Shown: in pieces, positions 27,101-39,100 of the stretch
Layout of the letters: each line of letters begins with the position of its first letter
Position numbering within the stretch: position 1 is the first letter of the stretch
NCBI GenBank assembly: GCA_003427395.1
Contig: BFEA01000008.1
Coordinates: 710,244 to 774,243, forward strand
From: Chara braunii
Lineage: Eukaryota > Plantae > Charophyceae
DNA: 64,000 nucleotides
Direction: 5' to 3'
Made by a program: the position numbers and the translations under genes
The notes under the pieces: generated by a model
What the model was told of the DNA's origin: nothing
What the model saw: the letters and a program-made list of their open reading frames with translations, nothing else
Databases searched by the model: none

Positions 27101-30100
27101 TCTGTGCAGTGAATGGGGAGGCAGGGAGCCTTGGCGCTAGTTAGCAAGAATCGGAATAAAAAACTCATGGTAGAGAGGTTGACCTTCCTGGAATCGCTTG
27201 TTAACAGGATAAACTGATACCTGTAAAGAACAATCACAACAGAAGTGACAGGAATGTAAAAATTTCAGAGCATGGACTCTCTCACAGCGCTACAAGACAC
27301 CAATTTGTCGGCCCAGACTCCAGGCTCCCCATACGATTTTGCGATGCTACGCCGACCTCCTTCGACTACCCTCCGAGTAACGACTTCTGCAGGCTGTGAA
27401 CTATACGGAATCGTATGGTGAATCCGGAGGGCGCCATCTGACATCCATACGGTTTCTGAAGGTGGATTTCGGATAGTAAGTGGAGCGGTGACTTACTATC
27501 TGAAATCGTACAGCAGATAGTAGTGGAGTGAGACCCATAGAAGAGTGATAGTGAAAGGTGGATATCAATGACAATGTAAAAATGCCGGAGCCTGGATGCC
27601 AAAGCTGAAATGCAAAATCCTGAAGGTAGGTATAGAAGAGCAATAGTGAAAGGTGGATATCGATGACAAATAGTAAATCAGGGGATCTATTGCGTATTTG
27701 AATGGATCTGAGTGTTGGCCAGGGTAACTGCTTATGGTAGCGACTTGGAAAACACTGAGAGAGCTTGCTGCCAGCACCCGTGCTGGAAAGGTAAGGCAGC
27801 GTATGGTAACTGCATGGCGAGCACTGCCGTAGGTAGGCAGTGCTGCGCAGTGACGTGGGTGGCGAGTGGTCAGTGTTGGTCAGGGAGGAGAGTGGTCGTG
27901 GGGTCTGTTGGATACTTTCCTGGTGTATGGCCAAGGAGTGTGTACATGATCAGACTCTTCAGTGGCATCTGGCAAGGGAATAGTGCTGCGCTTATGGTAA
28001 CTGCATGGCGAGCACTGCCGTAGGTAGGCAGTGCTGCGCAGTGACGTGGGTGGCGAGTGGTCGGTGTTGGTCAGGGAGGAGAGTGGCAGTGGGGTCTGTT
28101 GGATACTTTCCTGGTGTATGGCCAAGGAGTGTGTATATGATCAGACTCTTCAGTGGCATCTGGCAAGGGAATAGTGGAGAGCGATCAGTGTTCAGTGTGT
28201 TAGAGGATGGGTGTGGACTGAATCAGCAATGGGGGAGGACTTTCATTGTCAAGAGAACAGTGTTCAGTGTGTTCTTGGATGGGTGTGCTCAAGGCCTTGT
28301 CATTCTGCTTTCAACTCAGCTTGTTTATGATTGGTCTGCTGTGAGCTTTTGCATCTCAGAGTACTCGTTTCTCATTTGCTGGTTCTTTGCATGAAAGGCC
28401 ACATTCGGATTGAATCATTGAAGCAAAGAAATGCAGGCTGAGTGTGGACTGAACACCTGAAGACTGAATCAGCGATGGGGCGCTTACTGATTGATCGTGC
28501 TGTTTCATCTTTTTGTTGATCAGGCACGTAATTTATTTGTGGAGAATATGACGAGGGAGCAATTTTCTGCATGGAGTGTGGGCTCACTTCTTCCCCCACT
28601 TCTTCTTTCGAACAATGCTTCTGAACTTAACTGGCTGGCACAGGTATAACTTAGCATTAGTCGAAGGCTATGCCACCCTGCAGATTTATGCTTTCCTTCC
28701 CTTGTTTCACAACGAAGTGACAGTATGAAAACAATGTAGGCCTTGTGAAAACAATTCGTCGAATACTTCTTTGAATACCTTTTGCATTATCTGCATTGCT
28801 GATTGTGAATCTTCACACATCCACGCATTACGCACTCGTTCGCCACTTTGCTTTCAACTGAGAAAACAACGTTCGACTTGCATGTGTTAAGCATATCGCT
28901 AGCGTTCATTCTGAGCCAGGATCAAACTCTGTTTTTTTATTATGGCTTAATTTCTAGGGGTGACCAGCGGGCTTTATATGGGCTTCTGAATTTTGAACCT
29001 TGGCTTCTGCAGGCAAAGTCACACGGGATTTTGTATACATGCAGATTTTCTGATTTTCAAGATTTTGTATATTTCGGCAAATAGATGTAGCAATAAAACC
29101 ACCACTACTTCGGAGCCTGTTTTCCTGATGCTAGTTCTGTCACATAAGTTTTATCGACGAAGGCATGCAATCGGAAAGCTTTTTTTTATCTTTTTCTTCC
29201 TAGGCTGTTTTCCCTGGCGCCCGGGCACNCAACTTCTGCCCGGGTACATGCCCGGGTGCCAGGCCGGGCATGACCCCCGGGCAGCCCCAGCGCCAAAAAA
29301 AAAAAAAAAAAAACCTCAAAAAATTCCTCACAGAATCGGAGATAAAAAAGAAAGTAACAGAATCACACAAAGGACCCCCCTTTAGACCCCTTTAGCCCCT
29401 TTAAAAACAATTTATACCCCCCTCCCCCCCCTTTGACAGCCAACTTGCAAAAAACGAAATGAGCCTGGATTTGGAGTCCTCTGGGAGAGCCCAGAAAACA
29501 CGCCCGGGTATCAGACCCCGCCAGGCGTCACGCCCGGGTGCCCGGACGGGCAGGACCGGCCGGGCGTGAGAAGCTTCCAAAGTTTCATCGGAATTCTTCC
29601 TTCTCTTTTTTTTTTTTTTTTTTTTGGGCGTTTGCGGCCATTTTGTTTCGGTTGGGTGAGGCACACAAGACACGGTGCGTTAAAGGCTACGTTGGAACAA
29701 AATGGCTGGGAAAGGCACTGGTGGTTTAAAACATCTTTGTATCTAGCGTCTTTTTCTTTTTAAAATTTGAATGTGGGTGGCCCTGGATCTTATTATCTGC
29801 TACGTAGTTAGAAACATATGAACTTTTATAAAGTTTGTCAGCTGTGGGGTCCAACCCTGGCGGTGGTGGCCCTTTTCTCACCTTCCAATGGTTGCACGGG
29901 CGGTAGAGCTGGTGGTGGTGGCCCTTTTCTCACCGTCCAATGGTTGCACGGGCGGTAGAGATAAGGGACTATTATAAATGGCTTTCAAGCATCATTCTTG
30001 CCTCTGCCAACAGCGCTTGAATGAAGCTTCTGAGTGTTGCATGTGGAACCTCCAGGAGAGCTGGTAGTAGCCTGGTACAGAATATGATGTCCCCTTTGTT

Positions 30101-33100
30101 CTTTAAATGCAAAAAGCAGAAATAGGGTTTTATTTTGGTCTAATAAGGTTCCTAATGAGGGTGTTTACTGTGTGTAATAGGCTTCAGGGCTCCCTTTGCG
30201 TGAGCTTCTCAATCAGGCATTTGCATACGTTTTCGCAGCACTCCTTCCCATGCACTGCTCCGCAGTTGCCACAGATCAAGAGAGAGCCAGACAAGTGTTA
30301 CAGGGAACACTGCTCGAGGCAGCACAACTCACAGAGGCACATAGGGATGAAATGATCAGGAAGAGAATGGTAAGTTGCTCAGTTCACTTCAGAATCATTT
30401 TGCTCACTTCATTCTGTTTTGAGTTTCACTGGCCAGCCTAATGAACCATGCGATTTCTGAGCAGATGCAGTGCTACCCTGGTTTAACTTCACCATGCTAG
30501 TAGTTCTTAAACAAGCCCTGGAGATGGTGGAAAGCAGTCTCCATATGAGAAATCCTGAATGCTATCTGACTCAATGGTACACACGAACAGCTATTGATCA
30601 ACAGATAAAGGTTTCCAGGCGTGTGTGGTATTAGGGCTGACTCTCCTGTTTTTCAGGAAAATGATAGAGGCCGTGTTGGGAGCTAAGCGTTTTGTTTGTC
30701 ACGTGCTCTGGTGGTCTATTTCCTTGTTTGTTTTTTTTTGTTTTTGATTTTTTTTAATAATGAAACAGGGTCCGGTTCCTATTCCACCGGCAAGTCAGGA
30801 AAATTAATTACATCATAGGACACCCTCACGCTTCCTTCCGTCTGGCCGAAGGAACCCTGATCAGCATTGATTGCTCCAACATCGTGGATGATTGACTGTC
30901 TGCTTGCCCTGCTTCCACCTTTCCTCCGAGGGCTACCAAAAGAAAGTGTCAAATAAAACATGAATAGCAAGAAAGGTCTGAGAAGCTGCACCTGCTACCA
31001 ATTCTGTCTAAATCAGTGTTGGACCTGCCGACGGTTGGCGGCCCTTGACTGGTCGGCTGCCTACCCGCTGACCGATCGGCTGGTCGGCACCTAGTGGGGG
31101 GGAGGTCCAGAACACCTAATAACACCCCCAATACCCCCATACNCCCCCCCAACACCCCAAACCGCCCCCAACACCCTTTTACCCCCCCCCCAATACCCCC
31201 TATACCCGCTCAATACGCCAACCCCACCCCCCCCACCCCCCCCCCCCCCCCAATCCCCAAAGTTTCTCAGCAGATTTGGGCTGTACTCAGCAAGCGCAGT
31301 ACAGCCCCCAACTCAGATTTGAAAAACAATCAGTGGATGGTTGTTTTCTGACTGGTCGGGCCTACTGGTCGGCTGCAATACGGCCTGCGGTCGGGATCGG
31401 CGGTCGGCAGGGGTGCAACCCTGGTCTAAACCCTAAACCCTAAACCCCGCATATGAGCCTCGTGAAATCCCTGGCAATCTAACCCCTGCTTGTCTTGTTT
31501 CTGTCCAAAGCTTCAACCCTAAACCCTAAACGCCAAACAAGATTAATCCTTTTCCATCTGTTCGCTGTGAAACATCGGCTGCCGCCTGTCGGGCATGAAT
31601 CTTGGATGCTCTTCTAGGCCCAGATTGGAGTTGGTTCCTCGTGTACCTGGGTATTCTGCTGGAATACAAACTCGACAGAATTGTGCCACTCTTTCCGTCT
31701 TTAGAACGTGCCCATTTAGCCATGCCACTTTGTCACCTACCAACCAGATCTGCTTGAATTTGGCAAGTGTCACCTGTTCTGTCTCTGGGCTGTTCTGCAC
31801 CCAGAGTTTAACCTTCCTCCAATGACAGAGGATTTCCGCTTCAATCATCTCTTTGGTTGCTGCCCACACTTTCTCCCGTGGGTTCTCGCGCCATCCAATG
31901 TTCTGCTGCATCTCTCATTCCATATGGCCCATTACTTGACCTTGCGTACCATCCCGAACCAGTTTTTTTCTGATTGGCTGAAGTTAGAGGGTAAATTAGT
32001 GCAGAGGAGCAGTTGAAGGGGGCGCTCCGGGAGGGGAGACGAGAATAGACTATCCCAGAGTGCTGCTGCTCTTGCCCAATACTCTGTGGCTTCTTTACAG
32101 TTAATTAGGCAATGTATCACATCTTCCTGTTCTTGATATGAGCAGACTGCACAGACATCAGAGCTGGTTGGATTGTTCTTTCGTCTTCTGACATGTAGCC
32201 ATTGGTTAACCAGTAGAGCAATGTGTGTTATGAGCCACTGCAAGCTTCTGATTTTTATCGGTCTTATCGTTTTATATTTTCTTCCATGGGATTTTTGCTA
32301 TCTAGTCTGCCTCTGAACCAATTAACTTGCTCCATCTTCCTGTGATTGTTGGTTCTGGGTCCTTTGTTCTTGACAGCATCTTGTAACCCAGCTTACCTGT
32401 ATAATCATATATCGGAATTGGTGGTTTGGTCGTTCTATTTCGGTCGGGGGGGCGTGCCCATTCGGAGGGATCAAACTCGAGGTCTTGAATTGCTATCCCC
32501 ATTTGAAATATCTGTTTTGGCCAGAGTCCTAATGTTCTTATTTTACGGAGTGTAAACGCATTCAGTACTACTCTTTCAGGATTGATATTCTGAATGTACA
32601 GTTCATCTGGCTTGGTCATCAGGATCGGGAAGGTTGTGAAGACGTCTCGTGGATCTGAACCTGATATTCTATGGGAAAACTGGTAGGCCCTTTCAGGAAA
32701 GGTGTCCTGGATTAGGTTCCCCCACTTCCTGGCTTCCCACTTAAAATCCTTGTTTAGTAGCTCAGCCCAGCCCCCTGGAATGCTCTGTATTATCTTTTGT
32801 AGACTTTCATCTCTGTGGTGGCAGCCTTTCGGTCGAGTTTTAAGCTCAATTTCGTCCAACCAGTTTCTTCCTTTCCTTGTTCCAGATGTTCCTTACTCGC
32901 CAGACACCGTGTTTGATCCATGACAGACACCTGTTGCCTCTGTGGGAGAGTGTCCAAGGGTGGTCACCCTCTTCTCTGATCCAGGGGTTTCCAAAGAGAG
33001 GCTGCCTGAGCACTTCCTCTTTGGACCTGGGTTTGTTTCATTTCTCGGGCATGATCTCTCTCCAGATGTGTATAAGGGCCGTCCAATAGGGGATATGTGT

Positions 33101-36100
33101 CTGGTTGTGAATTGGGGGAGAGGCAGTCCCACGTCTTCTCCTCCCTGAGCAGTCCGGACATGTTAGTGGGGGATTCCATTGGGCCCAGATTCCTGATGCT
33201 ATCTTGTGCTAGTTTGTTCCACGGCAGTGATTGTCTAGTTAGTAGCTTGACGACCCACTTAATTTGCAGGGCTTTCGTTTCTTGTTTGGGGTCGATGATG
33301 CCTAGTCCCCCCTGTGTTGGTTTCTTTGTGATATAGTGCCATGTTCCCTGACCATAAGTAGGCTCTGGATTTCTTGTTTAGCTCTTTGATGGTCTGGTCT
33401 GGTATTGTCCAAATGGAGGCTATTGTTGCATACTGTAACGGTGCAGACCAGAACAAGAACCGACCTCTCTCACAAAGTACAAGATAGCGTAGCGGAAGAC
33501 TTAGATACCAATGATCCGAACGATCAATATTACAATGCAGCCCCGAACATACATCATCATCATCATCACTCTGTGGTGTGAAGGGGTCTGGCGCTCACAC
33601 GGGAAGAATGCGCCAGCCCCAACCATACACAAACGAAGAAGAGGGGGTTAGACGAAGAAGAGGGGAAGATGGGAATGCCGTCAACACCAAGTCTTCGACA
33701 CAAGCCCAAATAGTCCCTCGTCAAAATGTTTGAATCCCAANNNNNNNNNNNNNNNNNNNNNNNNNNNNNNNNNNNNNNNNNNNNNNNNNNNNNNNNNNNN
33801 NNNNNNNNNNNNNNNNNNNNNNNNNNNNNNNNNNNNNNNNNNNNNNNNNNNNNNNNNNNNNNNNNNNNNNNNNNNNNNNNNNNNNNNNNNNNNNNNNNNN
33901 NNNNNNNNNNNNNNNNNNNNNNNNNNNNNNNNNNNNNNNNNNNNNNNNNNNNNNNNNNNNNNNNNNNNNNNNNNNNNNNNNNNNNNNNNNNNNNNNNNNN
34001 NNNNNNNNNNNNNNNNNNNNNNNNNNNNNNNNNNNNNNNNNNNNNNNNNNNNNNNNNNNNNNNNNNNNNNNNNNNNNNNNNNNNNNNNNNNNNNNNNNNN
34101 NNNNNNNNNNNNNNNNNNNNNNNNNNNNNNNNNNNNNNNNNNNNNNNNNNNNNNNNNNNNNNNNNNNNNNNNNNNNNNNNNNNNNNNNNNNNNNNNNNNN
34201 NNNNNNNNNNNNNNNNNNNNNNNNNNNNNNNNNNNNNNNNNNNNNNNNNNNNNNNNNNNNNNNNNNNNNNNNNNNNNNNNNNNNNNNNNNNNNNNNNNNN
34301 NNNNNNNNNNNNNNNNNNNNNNNNNNNNNNNNNNNNNNNNNNNNNNNNNNNNNNNNNNNNNNNNNNNNNNNNNNNNNNNNNNNNNNNNNNNNNNNNNNNN
34401 NNNNNNNNNNNNNNNNNNNNNNNNNNNNNNNNNNNNNNNNNNNNNNNNNNNNNNNNNNNNNNNNNNNNNNNNNNNNNNNNNNNNNNNNNNNNNNNNNNNN
34501 NNNNNNNNNNNNNNNNNNNNNNNNNNNNNNNNNNNNNNNNNNNNNNNNNNNNNNNNNNNNNNNNNTAGACAAGCTCTCACCGGGCCTTTCCGGAATCGGA
34601 AGGGGCTTGAGGAGCCCAAGAGGGGCCTGTGTACGGGGCTTGTCTCTCTTACAGACCTGACAAGTCTCCACGTACAACTTGACAAGTACCGGCACCCTTG
34701 CACTCTATCTAGCAAGTCGTCGATGTGAGGTAGGGGCTCTCTGTTCTTGACAGTGATGGCATGGAGGCCCCTATAGTCAATGCACATCCTAAGCGTTCGT
34801 TCCTTCTTCGGTACGAATAGGACTGGCGATCCATAAGGAGAAGCACTCGGCCGGATCCAACCCTTCTCTATGAGTTCCTTGAGTTGCCGGCGAAGCTCAT
34901 CAAGCTCGCCTGGAGACATCTGGCAAAGCTCATCAAGCTCGCCTGGAGACATCCGATAGATCTAACCCTTTACCTGGTCTGAAATGCGGTTTTGTGTTGA
35001 TCCTCGGGCCGGATTCCAATTTGATGTTACCCGGACTTCAGATCTATCTTACTGAAGTACCGGCACCCTTGCACTCTATCTAGCAAGTCGTCGATGTGAG
35101 GTAGGGGCTCTCTGTTCTTGACAGTGATGGCATTGAGGCCCCTATAGTCAATGCGCATCCTAAGTGTTCGTTCCTTCTTCGGTACGAATAAAACTGGCAA
35201 TCCATAAGGAGAAGCACTTGGCCGGATCCAACCCTTCTCTATGAGTTCCTTGAGTTGCCGGCGAAGCTCATCAAGCTCGCCTGGAGACATCCGGCGACGC
35301 TCATCAAGCTCGCCTGGAGACATCCGATATGTCCTACCCTTTGGGATACTAGACCCTGGGATAATCTCTATCGCATGGACGACCTCCCTCTCAACAACCC
35401 GTGTAGGCTCTTCAAATAGATCAGGGTACTTGGCAACTACTCCCTCTATCTCCGGCGACATTTTCACCGGCTCGCCTATTGCAGAGATATAGACTAGATA
35501 CATACCCTCCTTCGGACTTTGCTTATAATAGTTATAGAACGCGGCCACACACATGCATCCATGGGACTCAATCAGACTACTAGCTTTGAACTTACGTAAT
35601 CGCCTAGAGACATCCGATAGATCCTACCCTTTGGGATACTAGACCCTGGGATAATCTCTATCGCGTGGACGACCTCTCTCTCAACAACCCCTGTAGGCTC
35701 TTCAAATAGATCAGGGTACTTGGCAACTACTCCCTCTATCTCCGGCGGCATTTTCACCGGCTCGCCTACTGCAGAGACATAGACTAGATACATACCCTCC
35801 TCGAGATTTTGCTTAAAATAGTTATAGAACGTGGCTGCACACATGCATCCGTGAGACTCAATCAGACTACTAGCTTTGAACTTACGTAATCTGGTCGTCC
35901 CTCCACCTGGCAAAGTGTGTTTGACCACTTTTCGGTCCCAGTCAAACTGGGGCTGTGCCACAGAGAGGTAGTACATACCTAATAAGATATCCATAGGGAG
36001 ATCATCGTTCAGTAGGAATGAGACACGATGTCTCAATTCCCCTCCTGAGTACGGGAAACAACACTCAACATCCTGCAGGTAGTCGTTGACTACCATGCGC

Positions 36101-39100
36101 TGTTTGTTGGCACAGGTCGACTCCACAGGTCGACTCAGGTGCTGCAGTCGCCCTCTGTAAGCGCAACCTCTCAACGCACGTGCGATTAATGAAGTTTCTA
36201 GTCGAGCAAGTGTCATAATAGGCCCCGGCCTTGCGACCGCCGATGACTACCTCGCCGATGAACATCTCTCCCTTAGGGGCTTTGGCCAATGGCGTCCAAG
36301 AAGCTACTGGGTCTGATCTAGACCACTTCTCTTCTAGCTGATTCAGACACATTCATCGAACAGAGGCTCGATGGGTCAGAATGTGTTTGCGGGACGACTA
36401 TGGAGTCAGTAGCTTGGGTCATCTCTCGAGATGGTGAGGGTGTGTCCACCACCTCGACCCTAGCAGGAACAACTACCATTCCTACTGGCCCGATGCGTTT
36501 CTCGGAGCAGTGCCAGAACTGCTGGCCACATTGCTACCAACGGGAGTCGAGGATCCCAACGCCTGCCCCATCGTAGGCGGGATCTTTTTGGTCACCTTCT
36601 TATTTCGGCACTTGAATTGGTTATGGCATATTGGCCACAACGGATACAAGCCTGCCGCGTGTACAGATCTCTTCACACGTCCTCAGTGAGACCCGCTTTC
36701 TCTCATGGGGGAGCATTGGGGTCAACTGGACTCCTTGATCGAGAACCTCCACGGCATCTAATTGTCGCCTTTCCTTTTTGAGCTAGGGCAGCGACTACTC
36801 CACCCCCTGAAGCCTCTACGCTGCCAGCCTTTGAACCTACTCCCTCCTGGAAGTTGTCATCTAACTCGATGGTTGAACCATCGTTATCGACAAACATAAT
36901 GCGACCCTTCGCCTTCCAGTTGGGAGGGAGCGACTTTCTCCTACCATCCGTAGTGGGTGTCTGTCCATGCCCTATCTTTGCCTCAAGGTCTAGGGCCTTC
37001 TTGCTAAACGAGGGAAAGTTGTGCATATTGATGTTGTCCTCACCTGCCAACTGATTCCTAAGAGGCATGGGAAAGCATCTCAGGTAGGAGGTGAGTAAGA
37101 CCTGAGGGTCACATAGCGCACCCCAGGGACACAGATCAGACGCTCTATTGCGTCAGTGGCTTCCCTTACTGACTTAAACTGCCTTGTATGCAGTGTAAGG
37201 ATCGCATCAGTAGCCTTTTGGGCTTCCTGAGGATCATCCCACCTGTCTTCCACCAACTTAAGGAAGTCATCCAATGTTTAGGTGACCGCCCAAGCGCGGA
37301 AGTCATGACCGTACCCTTGTAGCTGCACTAAACCACTTAACCATCGTGCTGCACTCCCCTCTAGATAGGATGCAGCCACAATCACTTCCTCGTGTGGCAA
37401 GGTAAGTTTGCACTTGACATAGACTGACACGGCCCTCAACCAAGTGTCGAGGTCTTCGCCCCTCTTATCCCCTGTAAAGGGTTTCGGAGCGGCGATGGTC
37501 GTCTTTGGTACCCACTGACTTTGTCCCGGTCCCTGCATCACTCCGGGGTGTGGACCCTATGGTGAAGGCTGCTGCATTGACTGTTGGGGCTGTGTACCCT
37601 GCGGCTGTGCAGGCTGCCCAGTTACGGCAACCCGGCAACGGAGGTTGGGAATACATTGACTGTACAGGAATCTGTACACTAGGACCTGCTGAAAGCCCGC
37701 CTGTCAAAGGAGTACCTAGGGAAACGGGCTGGACCGGTGTTGGGGATGTATATGGGGATACCCCAGTCACCGGTGGGACAAAAGGAGGAGGATGTACAAC
37801 GGGCCACGCACCGGGCCCGGACATTGGTAGTGCCGCTTGCACTCGCCCGACTAACACGGCCAAACTCTGCTGGATGTCCTGTAAGATCTCCATCTGGTGA
37901 TCTTGCATCTCTACTACACTTAGCAAGATCGACCGTATGGTCCTCACATCATCCTCCAACTCTGCAGGGTCCATCTCCTCTAACTGACTGATGTTCGCTT
38001 GCCTCTGCTGCATCCTGGCTCTTCTTCTAATCATTCTTTCTTTTTCTGCCTTAATCTCTCCTAAGGCCTGCTGTAGCTGTGCCTCGCGATCAGCAGCTCG
38101 CCGTATGGCGACCTCCTGGGGAGACATCAGTAATGGCTGGCTTGCCATGACGCCAGTGGACTGACTCAGAGTCTGTGCAACTGCTGACCTTACAGACTCT
38201 GAACTACCGGCTTGGGAACTCTGCTGCGCAGCAGTGGCCATGGCTGCTGAAACAGCGGCTTCGCTTGCAAACGCCCTGCTGGCCTCTGCTGCCATAGCTC
38301 TCCGCTGCTGCTGCTGCCTCTCCCTAAGCTGGCGGAATAGAAATCTGTCACCCTCTGGCCCTAAGGCCAAGTGGGCTATCGGGCGTCTAGCCGATCGCAA
38401 GATCCGGTCGTCCGGTTGTGGGACCTCCCTGTCACTCATAAGCTACAACATTATACACAGTCTGCACTAGGACACTCTGGATGCCTACTGCAGCATAGTG
38501 CACAGACCAACTAAAAATAATTAATTAATTGGTGGCTGCGCCAGAGTAGATACATTTGGGTTCAACAGGTAAGTTCGGATTCCTACGAACGAAACTACTT
38601 TGACTTTGACCAGTTCGCGAACAGAAGCACAATGAACAAAGCACAGTTCTAAACTATTCTGTCTGTCAGATTTCAATGGCTGTACATCTAACTAATCAAA
38701 ATAAAAATAGAATTGTTTGTTGGGTCGGTTTGCAGAATGGAATCTTGCCTAAACTTATCACCTGGAATCTACCCCTCCCTCAATTCTTCTTGAATGTCTC
38801 TTGTCGTCAACGTCCCTAAGCAATCCAGATAGCGTGCATGTCTGAAGGTGTGCACACGGCCCACCCCTGTGCCCCGAGTCTTGCTGAACTGGCCAGCCCT
38901 GAACCGTATTTATCCTCGCGTGCAGCGAGCCTTACACCGACCGATTGGCTGATCAGGAAGCGTTTTTATGGACGGCCCCCGAAGTCCTCAGGAATTCTTT
39001 AACGTCGCAAACAGGATGACGATCACAGCCAATGGAAGGTATCCCGCCGGTGCTTATTTATAGACGCCTGGTCTCGTCTGGCCCCTAGGGCTGGCCTGCC

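Noticed and set aside
28821-28930. Functional rRNA gene or bacterial contamination
   Set aside because: Only ~110 bp, carries mitochondrial-type signatures, and is embedded in an intron.
31426-31447. Chromosome end, or telomere-targeted LINE tail
   Set aside because: Only about 3 units, and the L1 UTR continues to a poly(A) at ~30725-30755.
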